Assembly (NCBI GenBank): GCA_964016885.1
Contig: OZ024764.1
Span: 1,984,001 to 2,048,000 of the forward strand
DNA length: 64,000 nt
Source of the DNA: Eledone cirrhosa
Lineage: Eukaryota
Direction: 5' to 3'
Shown here: piece by piece, positions 26,674 to 41,944 of the stretch
How positions within the stretch are numbered: position 1 is the first letter of the stretch
How the letters are laid out: each line of letters begins with the position of its first letter
Made by a program: the position numbers and the translations under genes
Notes under the pieces: generated by a model
The model's input: only the letters and a program-made list of their open reading frames with translations
Told to the model about the DNA's origin: nothing
Database searches by the model: none

Positions 26674-26842
26674 ATTTATTAATGAATGGACAGTTATATG
26701 ACCTCCTTTTCACCCAAGAGACATACAGACACATATGCAAATATTGTGGGTCAACATTCATTATAAAAAAATATATATAACTGCAAAAGGCTTTTGTATT
26801 TACATAACCATAAATAGTATAATTAATACTATATATATATAT

Positions 26843-27017
26843 CTAGGGCGGGTAAAATTCCTGAGATCCATGGACGAGTTCTTTCCAGCGGTCTCTGTCC
26901 CTCATCATCACTGCCATGTCCTGCGTCTCCAAGAGACCAGTGTCTGTCCTTAGGCTATCAACATATTTCAACCTCGGTCTTCCTCTTCTAGTGTGTCCAT
27001 GCAGGGGCTCCCACAGA
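26843..27017 (-). mobile_element. RTEX-like LINE 3' end
   Basis: LWEPLHGHTRRGRPRLKYVDSL..; paralogous to 37567-37740. Confidence 0.7.
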
Positions 27018-27179
27018 TGGGAATATGTATATATAATATATATATTTATATATTATATATACATACGGCTGCTCAGCATGGGGCCTTACTACAAAAACTG
27101 GAAAGATTAGAGCCTACACATGCTAAGCGTGGCTTTGAATGTCATTTAAAGAGATTGTCTGCCTGTTATATACGTGTAT

Positions 27180-27520
27180 GGAGGTGCATGGCTTAGTGGT
27201 TAGAGCATTGGCCTTGCAATCGAAAGGTTGTGAGTTCAATTCTCACAGACCGGGTGATGTGTTGTTTCCTTGAGCAAGACACTTTATTTCACATTGCTCC
27301 AGTTTACTCAGCTGTAGAAATGAGATGATAGGGACTGGGGTCCCTATCATTCCACTGTAAAGTGGTCGTGGAGGTGCCACGGCAAAAAAGCACCCAGCAC
27401 TCACTGTAAATGAGGTTGGTTTTAGGAAGGGCATCCAGCTGTAGAAATCAAGCCAGATTCAGGGCCCATCCCACCCTTGCAAGCAGGGAAAAGCCGACGT
27501 AAAATGATGATGATGATGAT
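27180..27520 (+). mobile_element. SINE family S1 flanked by a ~100-bp direct repeat
   Basis: tRNA-like head, CORE-like block, RTE-B tail; flanks 27068-27170 and 27522-27619. Confidence 0.9.
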
Positions 27521-27654
27521 AGCTGCTCAGCATGGGGCCTTACTACAAAACTGGAAAGATTTGAGCCTACACATGCTAAGCGTGGCTTTGAGTGTCATTT
27601 AAAGAGATTGTCTGTTATAAATATATATCTAAACTGTGTTGTTCTCTCTTTCAG

Positions 27655-27826
27655 GTATGACCCTAAAACAGACCAGTGGACAATGATTGCTGCCATGAGT
27701 ACACCCAGGGATGCTGTAGGAGTGTGTCTCCTTGGAGACAGACTGTACGCTGTTGGGGGTTATGATGGACAACAGTATCTTCATGACGTTGAGTGTTATG
27801 ACCCTGTCACCAATGAATGGAGCAAG
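27655..27826 (+). CDS. KLHL5: Kelch-like protein exon G (Kelch repeats)
   Basis: ctctttcag|G; [57 protein letters not shown]; donor AAG|GTAGGT; phase 2/0. Confidence 0.96.
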
Positions 27827-27899
27827 GTAGGTGGTCAGTGGCAGCATGTGTATGTATGTGTGTGTGTTTCTCTTGGTCTTAGGTTCTTAACACCAACCT

Positions 27900-29076
27900 C
27901 ACTTTACAGGGTGGACTGGGTGTTGTTTGTTGTGACACCTACATGACCACTTTACAGTGTGGACTGGGTACTTTTTGTTGTGACACCTACATGACCACTT
28001 TACAGTGTGGACTGGGTACTTTTTGTTGTGACACCTACATGACCACTTTACAGTGTGGACTGGGTACTTTTTGTTGTGACACCTACATGACCACTTTACA
28101 GTGTGGACTGGGTACTTTTTATTGTGAACCTACATGACCACTTTACAGTGTGGACTGGGTACTTTTTGTTGTGACACCTACATGACCACTTTACAGGGTG
28201 GACTGGGTACTTTTTATTGTGAACCTACATGACCACTTTACAGTGTGGACTGGGTGTTGTTTGTTGTGACACCTACATGACCACTTTACAGGGTGGACTG
28301 GGTGTTGTTTGTTGTGACACCTACATGACCACTTTACAGTGTGGACTGGGTACTTTTTGTTGTGACACCTACATGACCACTTTACAGTGTGGACTGGGTA
28401 CTTTTTGTTGTGACACCTACATGACCACTTTACAGTGTGGACTGGGTACTTTTTATTGTGAACCTACATGACCACTTTACAGTGTGGACTGGGTACTTTT
28501 TGTTGTGACACCTACATGACCACTTTACAGTGTGGACTGGGTGTTGTTTGTTGTGACACCTACATGACCACTTTACAGTGTGGACTGGGTGTTGTTTGTT
28601 GTGACACCTACATGACCACTTTACAGTGTGGACTGGGTGTTGTTTGTTGCGATACCTACATGACCACTTTACAGTGTGGACTGGGTGTTGTTTGTTGTGA
28701 CACCTACATGACTACTTTACAGTGTGGACTGGGTACTTTTTGTTGTGACACCTACATGACCAATTTACAGTGTGGACTGGGTGTTGTTTGTTGCGATACC
28801 TACATGACCACTTTACAGTGTGGACTGGGTGTTGTTTGTTGTGACACCTACATGACCACTTTACAGTGTGGACTGGGTGTTGTTTGTTGTGATACCTACA
28901 TGACCACTTTACAGTGTGGACTGGGTGTTGTTTGTTGTGACACCTACATGACCACTTTACAGTGTGGACTGGGTGTTGTTTGTCATGACACCTACATGAC
29001 CACTTTACAGTGTGGACTGGGTGTTGTTTGTCATGACACCTACATGACCACTTTACAGTGTATACTGGGTACTTTT
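27900..29076. repeat. 48-bp minisatellite (~24 copies) derived from the RTE UTR/SINE body
   Basis: Period 48 (27961 to 28009); unit resembles 42148-42196 and 48282-48320. Confidence 0.9.
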
Positions 29077-29213
29077 GTCTTGGGACTAGGGATGGTGAAG
29101 GAGCTTGTGGAAAATGTAGTCAGGGTAGTAGGGGGGGGGTATGGTTACTGTTAAGGGAGGTGGATGAGAGGGGGTAGAAGCTGTTGCCTTCTATATTATG
29201 GTATGATATATTA

Positions 29214-29809
29214 TCTATATATATAAAACTGAGGATGTCTGTCTGTGTGTGTGTTTGTCTGTGAGTTTGAATCCCTAAAACTCGAGAAGGTACCCAACCG
29301 ATTTTTTTCAAACTTTACATGTGTATTACTTATGTTTCAGGGAGTCTAATGCACATAAAAAAACTTTTTGATCCTCTGGGGCCCGCATTAGGTGAAAAAT
29401 TGTGTTTTTTTCAGCGTTATGTCAGACCGATTTCCTTGAAAGTGTAACTATGTATTAGTCAGTCTCTTCTTCATACCGTGAGCAAAGAAAGTCCAATTTT
29501 TTTATGGCCTAGGGCCCACATTAGGGCTTTTTTGAGGCATTACGTCTAGCCAATTTTCCCGATATTTCAAGGCATATTATGCACATAAAAAAATTCATTT
29601 TCTTGATCCCCTAGGGCCCGCATTAGGTTAAAACCTGCCTTTTTCCTGCTCCATCGAGGAAAATCTTAAAGATTATCCAGCCATCAGAATATTTGGTTTA
29701 TTTTCTTTACATATTGTCCAGGCATGCAGTTTTTCCACGATTAGGTCTGTTGGCGGCCCCCCGCGTTCCAAAATACCTTATCCCGTGCAACACCGGGTAC
29801 CACTGCTAG
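29214..29809 (+). mobile_element. Non-autonomous Helitron
   Basis: A|TCTATATATAT...cccgtgcaacaccggg-taccactg-CTAG|T; no TSD. Confidence 0.8.
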
Positions 29810-29823
29810 TATAAATTATATAA

Positions 29824-30008
29824 TTGTTTCTACTTTTGGCACAAGGCCAGCAATCACCCAGTGTATTACTGGTACTTTATTTTATCGACCCCGTCAGGAT
29901 GAAAGGCAAAGTTAACCTCGGCGGGATTTGAACTCAGAATGGCAAGGGCCGTAACTCTGTGCTGCAAAGCATGGCGTCCAACGCTCTACCGATACTGACA
30001 ATCCACAT
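29824..30008 (-). mobile_element. SINE family S2 with ~14-bp TSD (tataaattatataa)
   Basis: Matches 7276-7463. Confidence 0.88.
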
Positions 30009-30025
30009 TATATAAATTATATAAT

Positions 30026-30129
30026 AAATCCCGAGGTTAACTTTGCTTTCATCCTTACGGGGTGGATAAAATTAAGTACCAGTAATACACTGGGGTAATT
30101 GCTGGCCTTGTGCCAAAATTAGAAACAAT
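30026..30129 (+). mobile_element. SINE family S2 3' half, inverted to its neighbour
   Basis: Reverse complement of ~29821-29930. Confidence 0.85.
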
Positions 30130-30203
30130 TATATATATATATATATGTATGTGTGCATATATATATATGTGTATGTATGTGTGCATATATATATATATAT
30201 GCA

Positions 30204-31263
30204 AAATCAACAGTGGGGGAGGGTGCTCTGAAAGTACAGTAGCTAGAGTCAGAACTGGATGGAAAAAGTTCAGAGAGCTTATACCACTATTTGCCGCTAG
30301 AGGGTTCTCCCTAAAAATGAAAGGCAGGTTATACGATGCCTGCATACGAACAGCAATGCTGCATGGCAGTGAGACCTGGGCATTGTGTGCAGAGGATATA
30401 CGCAGACTAGAGAGGAACGAAGCTTGCATGCTCCGCTGGATGTGCAATAGTAATATACGTGAACGGCAAAGCATAAACGAACTAAGGAAAAAATTAGAAA
30501 TAAGAGGGATCAGATGTTGTTTACTCGAGAGAAGGCTACGTTGGTACGGTCACGTGATGCGCATGAAAGACGACAGCTGTATAACAAAGTGCAGGTCAAT
30601 AAAGATAGACGGTAGCCACGGAGTAGGCAGACCCAGAAAAACATGGGACGAGCTGATAAATTCCGACCTCACACGCTTACACCTCTCCAAGACAATGTCA
30701 CTGGACCGAGACCTTTGGCGGTACTCAGTAATAGAGAAGACCCGCCTTACCTAAATACAAAGTAAAAACCTACTACAGTCAGTAGGCATCTCTATCAAAA
30801 CACACCCCCGTCCCACCACCTCCACCCCATCCACACCGCCCCTTCAATGTAAAGTTATGTTGGTCCCACAACATCCAGGCCGAAACAAATGAGATCGTTT
30901 AGGTGTCACGACAAAAAAACACACAGTCCACGCTGTAAATGTGGCCGTGTAGGCAACACGGTAAAAACCTCCCAGCCCCACACTGTAAATGTGGTTGGTG
31001 TTAGGAAGGGCATCCAGCTGTAGAAAACCCGCCAGACAGTCCACGCTGTAATGTGGCCGTGTAGGCAACATGGTAAAAACCTCCCAGCCCCACACTGTAA
31101 ATGTGGTTGGTGTTAGGAAGGGCATCCAACTGTAGAAAACCCGCCAGACAGTCCTATGCGAGCAAGACAACCACTCTTGCCTCAAGTGGGAAAACCCCCG
31201 TCCAAACCCATGCAAGCGTGGAACACGGACGCTAAACCTGATGATGATGATGATGATGATGAT
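30204..31263 (+). mobile_element. 5'-truncated RTE family A copy in the last intron
   Basis: [26 protein letters not shown]...EKTRLT, nearly identical to the C-terminus of 42300-45413; 3' UTR and (GAT)n tail. Confidence 0.95.
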
Positions 31264-32572
31264 GTGTATGTACGTGTGCATATATATATATATGTGTATG
31301 TATGTGTGTATATATATGTATGTGTATATATATATATGTGTGTATATATATATGTGTGTATGTATGTGTGTATGTGTATGTATGTGTGCATATATATATA
31401 TATATGTGTATGTATGTGTGCATATATATATATATGTGTATGTATGTGTGCATATATATATATATGTGTATGTATGTGTGTATATATATATATATGTGTG
31501 TATGTGTGTATATATATATGTGTGTATGTATGTGTGCATATATATATATATATGTGTATGTATGTGTGCATATATATATATGTGTATGTATGTGTGCATA
31601 TATATATGTGTATGTATGTGTGCATATATATATATACGTGTATGTATGTGTGTGTATATATATATGTGTGTATGTATGTGTGTATGTGTATGTATGTGTG
31701 CATATATATATGTGTATGTATGTGTGCATATATATATATATGTGTATGTATGTGTGCATATATATATATATGTGTATGTATGTGTGTATATATATATATA
31801 TGTGTGTATGTGTGTATATATATATGTGTGTATGTATGTGTGCATATATATATATATGTGTATGTATGTGTGCATATATATATATGTGTGTATGTATGTG
31901 TGCATATATATATGTGTATGTATGTGTGCATATATATATATACGTGTATGTATGTGTGTGTATATATATAATGTGTGTATATATATATGTGTGTATGTGT
32001 GTATATATATATGTGTGTATGTATGTGTGTATGTGTATGTATGTGTGCATATATATATGTGTATGTATGTGTGCATATATATATATATGTGTATGTATGT
32101 GTGCATATATATATATGTGTGTATGTATGTGTGCATATATATATATGTGTGTATGTATGTGTGTATATATATATATATATATGTGTGTATGTAGGTGTGT
32201 ATGTGTATATATATGTGTGTATATATATATGTGTGTATGTATGTGTGTATGTGTATGTATGTGTGCATATATATATGTGTATGTATGTGTGCATATATAT
32301 ATATATGTGTATGTATGTGTGCATATATATATATGTGTGTATGTATGTGTGCATATATATATGTGTATGTATGTGTGCATATATATATATGTGTGTATGT
32401 ATGTGTGCATATATATATATATGTGTATGTATGTGTGCATATATATATATATGTGTGTATGTATGTGTGCATATATATATATGTGTGTATATATATATAT
32501 ATATATGTGTGTATGTAGGTGTGTATGTGTATGTATGTGTGTGTATATATATATATATGTGTATGTATGTAT
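31264..32572. repeat. Compound (TA)n/GTATGTATGTGTGCA microsatellite
   Basis: Direct inspection. Confidence 0.95.
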
Positions 32573-32603
32573 ATTTATTTCTATTTCTCTGTCTCCCCTG
32601 CAG

Positions 32604-32666
32604 GCTGCATCGCTATGTACAGGCCGAGCTGGAGCATGTGTGGTACATGTGAGCAGTACCAGCTGA
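32604..32666 (+). CDS. KLHL5: Kelch-like protein terminal coding exon
   Basis: tcccctgcag|GCT; AASLCTGRAGACVVHVSSTS-TGA, matching the KLHL1/4/5 C-terminal GRAGACVV motif. The eight exons total 1436 nt, plus 1 upstream base = 479 codons, frame preserved. Confidence 0.92.
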   Translation, partial: AASLCTGRAGACVVHVSSTS

Positions 32667-32839
32667 CTACGAAGCCACAGGAAGACATTGGCGCTACTGA
32701 AGAAATGGCCGTCGGGTTTCTTTCCTAAGATCCGCCGCAAGCTTTCTGTTTTCATCTGACTGCTGCTGAGTCGACCTTACCATCCCCACACACGCACCTG
32801 CTATATATAGGCTATTGTATATGTGTGGATATATGAAAC

Positions 32840-37014
<4,175 letters not shown>

Positions 37015-37274
37015 TACAGAAGACATTTTTCACAATTAACAATTCTAAAAACAAATATACACACACAGAAAAAAGAGAAAAAAGCTATGATGATGATGAT
37101 GATGATAAGAAAATGGCTAATGAACAAACTGAAAGAAGGAAAGAAAGAAGAAAAATAAGGTTTTCCTTGTCTGCTGGAGCTTCCACTAAAATATGATGAT
37201 GTTGATGATGTTGGTTATTGATAATGTATTGTATTTGTGATGATTATATGAGAGACTTTTTTTAATTTTTGGAA

Positions 37275-37280
37275 AATAAA
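37275..37280 (+). promoter_or_regulatory. Candidate polyadenylation signal of the kelch-like gene (3' UTR ~4.6 kb)
   Basis: AATAAA with U-rich upstream and U/GU-rich downstream sequence; no transcript evidence. Confidence 0.35.
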
Positions 37281-37424
37281 CCTTTATTCTTTTTCTGGAA
37301 TTTCAAGGTATGTCTGAATTTGTAGGTGTGTATATATGTATACAGATTTATATATATATTACCCTAAGTATTGAGTACTCTGGTACGTTATGGTCCATCT
37401 GGTTCCTTACCACACCTCCTTCGT

Positions 37425-37457
<33 letters not shown>

Positions 37458-37536
37458 AAAAGGTAAACAGAAATAACAATACAATGGGTACAGTATTCTT
37501 CAACCTATATGTATGAATGTATATATGTAAATACAC

Positions 37537-37566
<30 letters not shown>

Positions 37567-37567
<1 letters not shown>

Positions 37568-37942
37568 TAGGGTGGGTAAAATTCCAGAGAGCCATGGACG
37601 AGTTCTCTCCAGCGGTCTCTGTCCCTCATTATCACTGCCATGTCCTGCGTCTCCAACAGACCAGTGTCTGTCCTTAGGGCATCAACATACGTTAACCTTG
37701 GTCTTCCTCTTCCAGTGTGTCCATGTAGGGGCTCCCACAGGAGCACTGAAACTCACTCAGATGGTGGATGGGTGCTACACGAGAATGCTGAGGATGGCTC
37801 TGAACATTAATCAGTATACACTGAGGATGAAAAACTCAGAGCTGTATGGGAGCATCCCAAAAGTCAGCTCAAAAGTGACACAGAGGAGACTGAGGTTAGC
37901 TGGACATGTTCACCGACATCCAGAGTTGACATTGCACTCGGT
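37567..37942 (-). mobile_element. RTEX-like LINE insertion with 5' inversion
   Basis: Minus 37740-37567 LWEPLHGHTGRGRPRLTYVDAL...; plus 37741-37942 LTQMVDGCYTRMLRMALNI...RRLRLAGHVHRHPELTLHSV. Confidence 0.8.
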
Positions 37943-37995
37943 ACAGTACATAGAAGGGATATATTAGTTTAACGCTTGATATAGCAGGAAGAGGG

Positions 37996-38031
37996 TCTTA
38001 ACGTTTCAGACGCTAGTCCTTCATCAGAAGA
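37996..38031 (-). ncRNA. Minimal hammerhead motif in a Penelope-like pLTR fragment (~37960-38190)
   Basis: tctt-CTGATGA-ag-gac-tagc-gtc-t-GAAACGT-T-aaga. Confidence 0.55.
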
Positions 38032-38503
38032 AAGAATGAGAAATAAGATAGAATTGGAATGGAATTGGAAAAAATGTCTTTAGATAAAAATAACAGGTCC
38101 ATTCATGTTGACATCTCTTGAAAAACTGTTGGTGCTGGCGTTTTGTGTATGATATATTTTTTTAGAAAAGTGGATGATGGAGCGCGTCTAACTATATATA
38201 TATATATATATATTTATTTATGTGTGTGTGTATCCTGTGTTCAATCGGGGGTAACCACACTAAGTAAGGTACTCAATACATAGCAGAGTGTATATATTTA
38301 ATATACAAATAAAGCACTATAAAATAATGACAAGATCTAAAAAGATTTAAAAGAGGATGAAATATGATTTATAGACTGACAATGATACGTTTATGACTTA
38401 GTGTGACCTGAGCAGAAGATGGAACATGGAAAGAACGGACATATGTGGTGGTATATAAAATAAGAATAAAAATTAAAATGTAATTTAAATCTCATGTATA
38501 AAA

Positions 38504-38682
38504 TTGTTTCTACTTTAGGCACAAGGCCAGCAAATACTCAGTACATTACTGGTACTTTATTTTATCGACCCCGTAAGGATGAAAGGCAAAGTTCACCTCG
38601 GCGGGATTTGAACTCAGACCGTAAAGGGACGCAACTCTATGCTGGAAAGCTTGGCGTCTGACGCTCTACCGGTTCTGCCAAA
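38504..38682 (-). mobile_element. SINE family S2
   Basis: Matches 7276-7463. Confidence 0.85.
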
Positions 38683-39588
38683 GATATTATAGATCGTTCG
38701 TGACATGTGTGTAGCTTATTAATCCCAAGTCTTCGCCCTCCGTATGATGAGCAAATGGGGTCCCACGTGCTGGTCTCCCCCGGGGAGGGAGAGGGAGATG
38801 CGCTGGAAGAGCCAATCCATCTCGCGACGTTCACACCTGCAGCTGGCCAGAAAGCCTCGATTTCAAAAATGGGGAGATAACTGTGAAAATACATTACAGT
38901 TGTCTCCCTTGAAACTAAAATGGCGGCTATATGTGTATGTATATATATATAATCATTTCTTTTTTGTTTAGGCGAGACATCGACAGAAAAAGGTTTGTGG
39001 CTTTAATACACCTTTAAGTTATAATTTCAATTGAATAATATTACAAATATGTTTTAAATATATACATAAATAAAATTACAAGTGTGTAAATAACACTGCA
39101 TCCTTTACAACCTCCATGGAACAAACTCCCTGCATCAGTTGTTAGCTGTCGAGACACTGCATCCTTTAAAACCTCCATACTTCCTGAGATTCACCAACAC
39201 TACACCTGATATTCCCCCTCCACACATACACACACACATGTATATCATGACTCATACACTGTTCACTTCCCTGACATTTGTACATTATTCTATGTACTAT
39301 ACATGCACCTTTGATGAGTTGTAGTGCACCTGAGCACTACACAATAATTTCATTAGTATTATTATTATTATAAATTGCTGGCAATTCCTTGAGAAAGACA
39401 TTACAAATATATTGTCTAAACTGTGTATAATAATATAATTTATTGAACAATAATGATAAAGGAAAGAAAAACACAGTGGGAGATGGCAATTCACCACCAG
39501 GTGTGATAATAGGCCACACCTCACACCTTAGGGGTTAACTACACACTTTGAGGCAAGCCAACACACTGGCAGCACTACCACGGGTGAT

Positions 39589-39965
39589 GGTGAGGCTAGG
39601 ATGCTGAAATAACCAGGTACCCTCACGGGTATCACCTGACACCTCAGTAAGGTGAGGCTAAGGTGCTGAGATAAGCAGGGAATCTCACTGTATCACCTGA
39701 CACCTCAGTAAGGTAAAGTTAAGGTGCTGAAATAACCAGGTACCCTCACGGGTATCACCTGACACCTCAGTAAGGTGAGGCTAAGGTGCTGAAATAACCA
39801 GGTACCCTCACGGGTATCACCTGACACCTCAGTAAGGTGAGGCTAAGGTGCTGAAATAACCAGGTACCCTCACGGGTATCACCCGACACCTCAGTAAGGT
39901 GAGGTTAAAGTGCTGAAATAATAAGGTACTCTCACGGGTATCACCTGACACCTCGGTAAGGTGAG
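39589..39965. repeat. ~62-bp tandem repeat (~6 copies) within a dispersed repeat; inverted relative at ~51690-51855
   Basis: Unit ggtgaggctaaggtgctgaaataaccaggtaccctcacgggtatcacctgacacctcagtaa; 39548-39620 approximates the reverse complement of 51780-51854. Confidence 0.8.
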
Positions 39966-40473
39966 CCGCCTCTGATGACAAGAACTTCGCTGTCCCCGGC
40001 CCAACTCCACCAAATGTTTCAAACTCCACAGGCTGGAAAAATAATTATTTGATAAGTTCTAAATATGTCTAACACAGTAATAACTGGAGTACTAAACCAG
40101 GGTTCCCCAGCCTGGTCAATATCACCCATTGCTGGGTGGGGCAATGACCAACTTATCAGTCAGATTCCAACTATGTTTGGCTTTATATAGTTTCAAAACA
40201 AACTTACTTTAAATATACATACATATATATATATATATATTGTTATACTTGGTGAGGGTCATATTGTTTTGTGTTTGTGTTTACAATTATATAAACAAGT
40301 ATCTATTTATTTAAATTTGTTGTTTTAATACTTTATATTTGACACAAGTTATGTAAGTGTCCAGGTGGCTAAGTGAGTAAGAGTACTCGACATTGTAGCT
40401 TCCATTGTGAAGTTATAATAGGTGCATTTCATATTAATAAAATGGAAGTTCTCTGATCATTAGTTTACAAATA

Positions 40474-40686
40474 ATTGTTTCTTATATAGGCACAAGGCCA
40501 GCAATTTTGGGGGAGTGGAAAATCGATTAAATCGACCCCAGTACGTTACTGGTGCTTTATTTTATCGACCCCGTAAGGATGAAAAGCAAAGTTAACCTCA
40601 GCTGGATTTGAACTCAGAATGGCAAGGGCCGTAACTCTATGCAGCAAAGCATGGCGTCCGACCCTCTTGAGATATTGCCAATCCAA
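40474..40686 (-). mobile_element. SINE family S2
   Basis: Matches 7276-7463 with a longer 3' part. Confidence 0.85.
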
Positions 40687-41273
40687 TAATAATGAAATTA
40701 TTGTGTACAATGCTCAGTTATAAGTTCATTCCCTATCTGGGATTGTAGAATTAATTTTTCCTAAGGGTATTTTGTGTGTTTTCAAGGAATATTGCCATAA
40801 AAAAACTAAATTTCAGCTGAGAACTCCAAGGTTGCCTTGTTACCTGAAATATAAATACTTACGAATGGTTTTGAAGTATAAGAGTCACTTTTCTCTCGGG
40901 TCGTGGGTCTCTAACGTTTTTATTTTACTCACGGGACATTTTTCCAGAAGTAAAACATATACTAAGACACTTTGTAACGAAGATGTATTTAATATCATAA
41001 GATAGACTTAAGAGGTTCGAATCTTGACAAAACCAAACTTAGCTGCGACCACTGTGTATAAAATATTGGATAAACAATCATTTATTAGTCAATAAAACAA
41101 TTAATTCCACCCCACCTCTCTGTAACCAGAACATTAAATTACTGTAAAATGCGAGGGGTTAAATTTAACGAAGGTTTTCATTGTGTCCAATTCCGGTTTC
41201 TTTTCTTGCGCTAGAAATAGCAGTCAAAGTACTATATATATAATTAGAAACAATTATATATATATATATATAA

Positions 41274-41365
41274 TTGTTTCTACTTTTTGGCACAAGGCCA
41301 GCAAATAGCCAGTGCATTACTGGTACTTTATTTTATCGACCCCGTAAGGATGAAAGGCAAAGTTA
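41274..41365 (-). mobile_element. SINE family S2 3' fragment
   Basis: Same central block. Confidence 0.75.
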
Positions 41366-41842
41366 GTGTGTGTGTATGTATGTATATATAGGTATATATA
41401 CATACATATGTATATATATACATACATGTGTATATATATATATACATACATGTATATATATATATCATATATGCATGTATGTATATATATGTATGTATGT
41501 ATATATATATATCATATATGTATGTATGTATATATATGTATATATATATATATACATACATGTATGTATGTATATATATGTATGTATGTATATATGTATG
41601 TATGTATATATATATATATATATATATATACATACATGTATATATATATACATGTATGTATGTATATATATATATATATATATATACATACATGTATATA
41701 TATATATATATACATGTATGTATATATATACATATATAGATACATGTATGTATGTATATATATATATATACATACATGTATGTATGTATATATATATATA
41801 TACATACATGTATGTATATATATATATATATATACATACATG

Positions 41843-41926
<84 letters not shown>

Positions 41927-41944
41927 CATGTATGTATATATATA

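Noticed and set aside
27180-27255. tRNA genes (also 2278, 6626, 18225 and the S2 heads)
   Set aside because: tRNA-like heads run directly into SINE bodies with imperfect acceptor stems.
27943-29154. Cys-rich repeat protein ([16 protein letters not shown])n
   Set aside because: A 48-bp unit preserves frame trivially; it derives from a retroelement UTR and is intronic.
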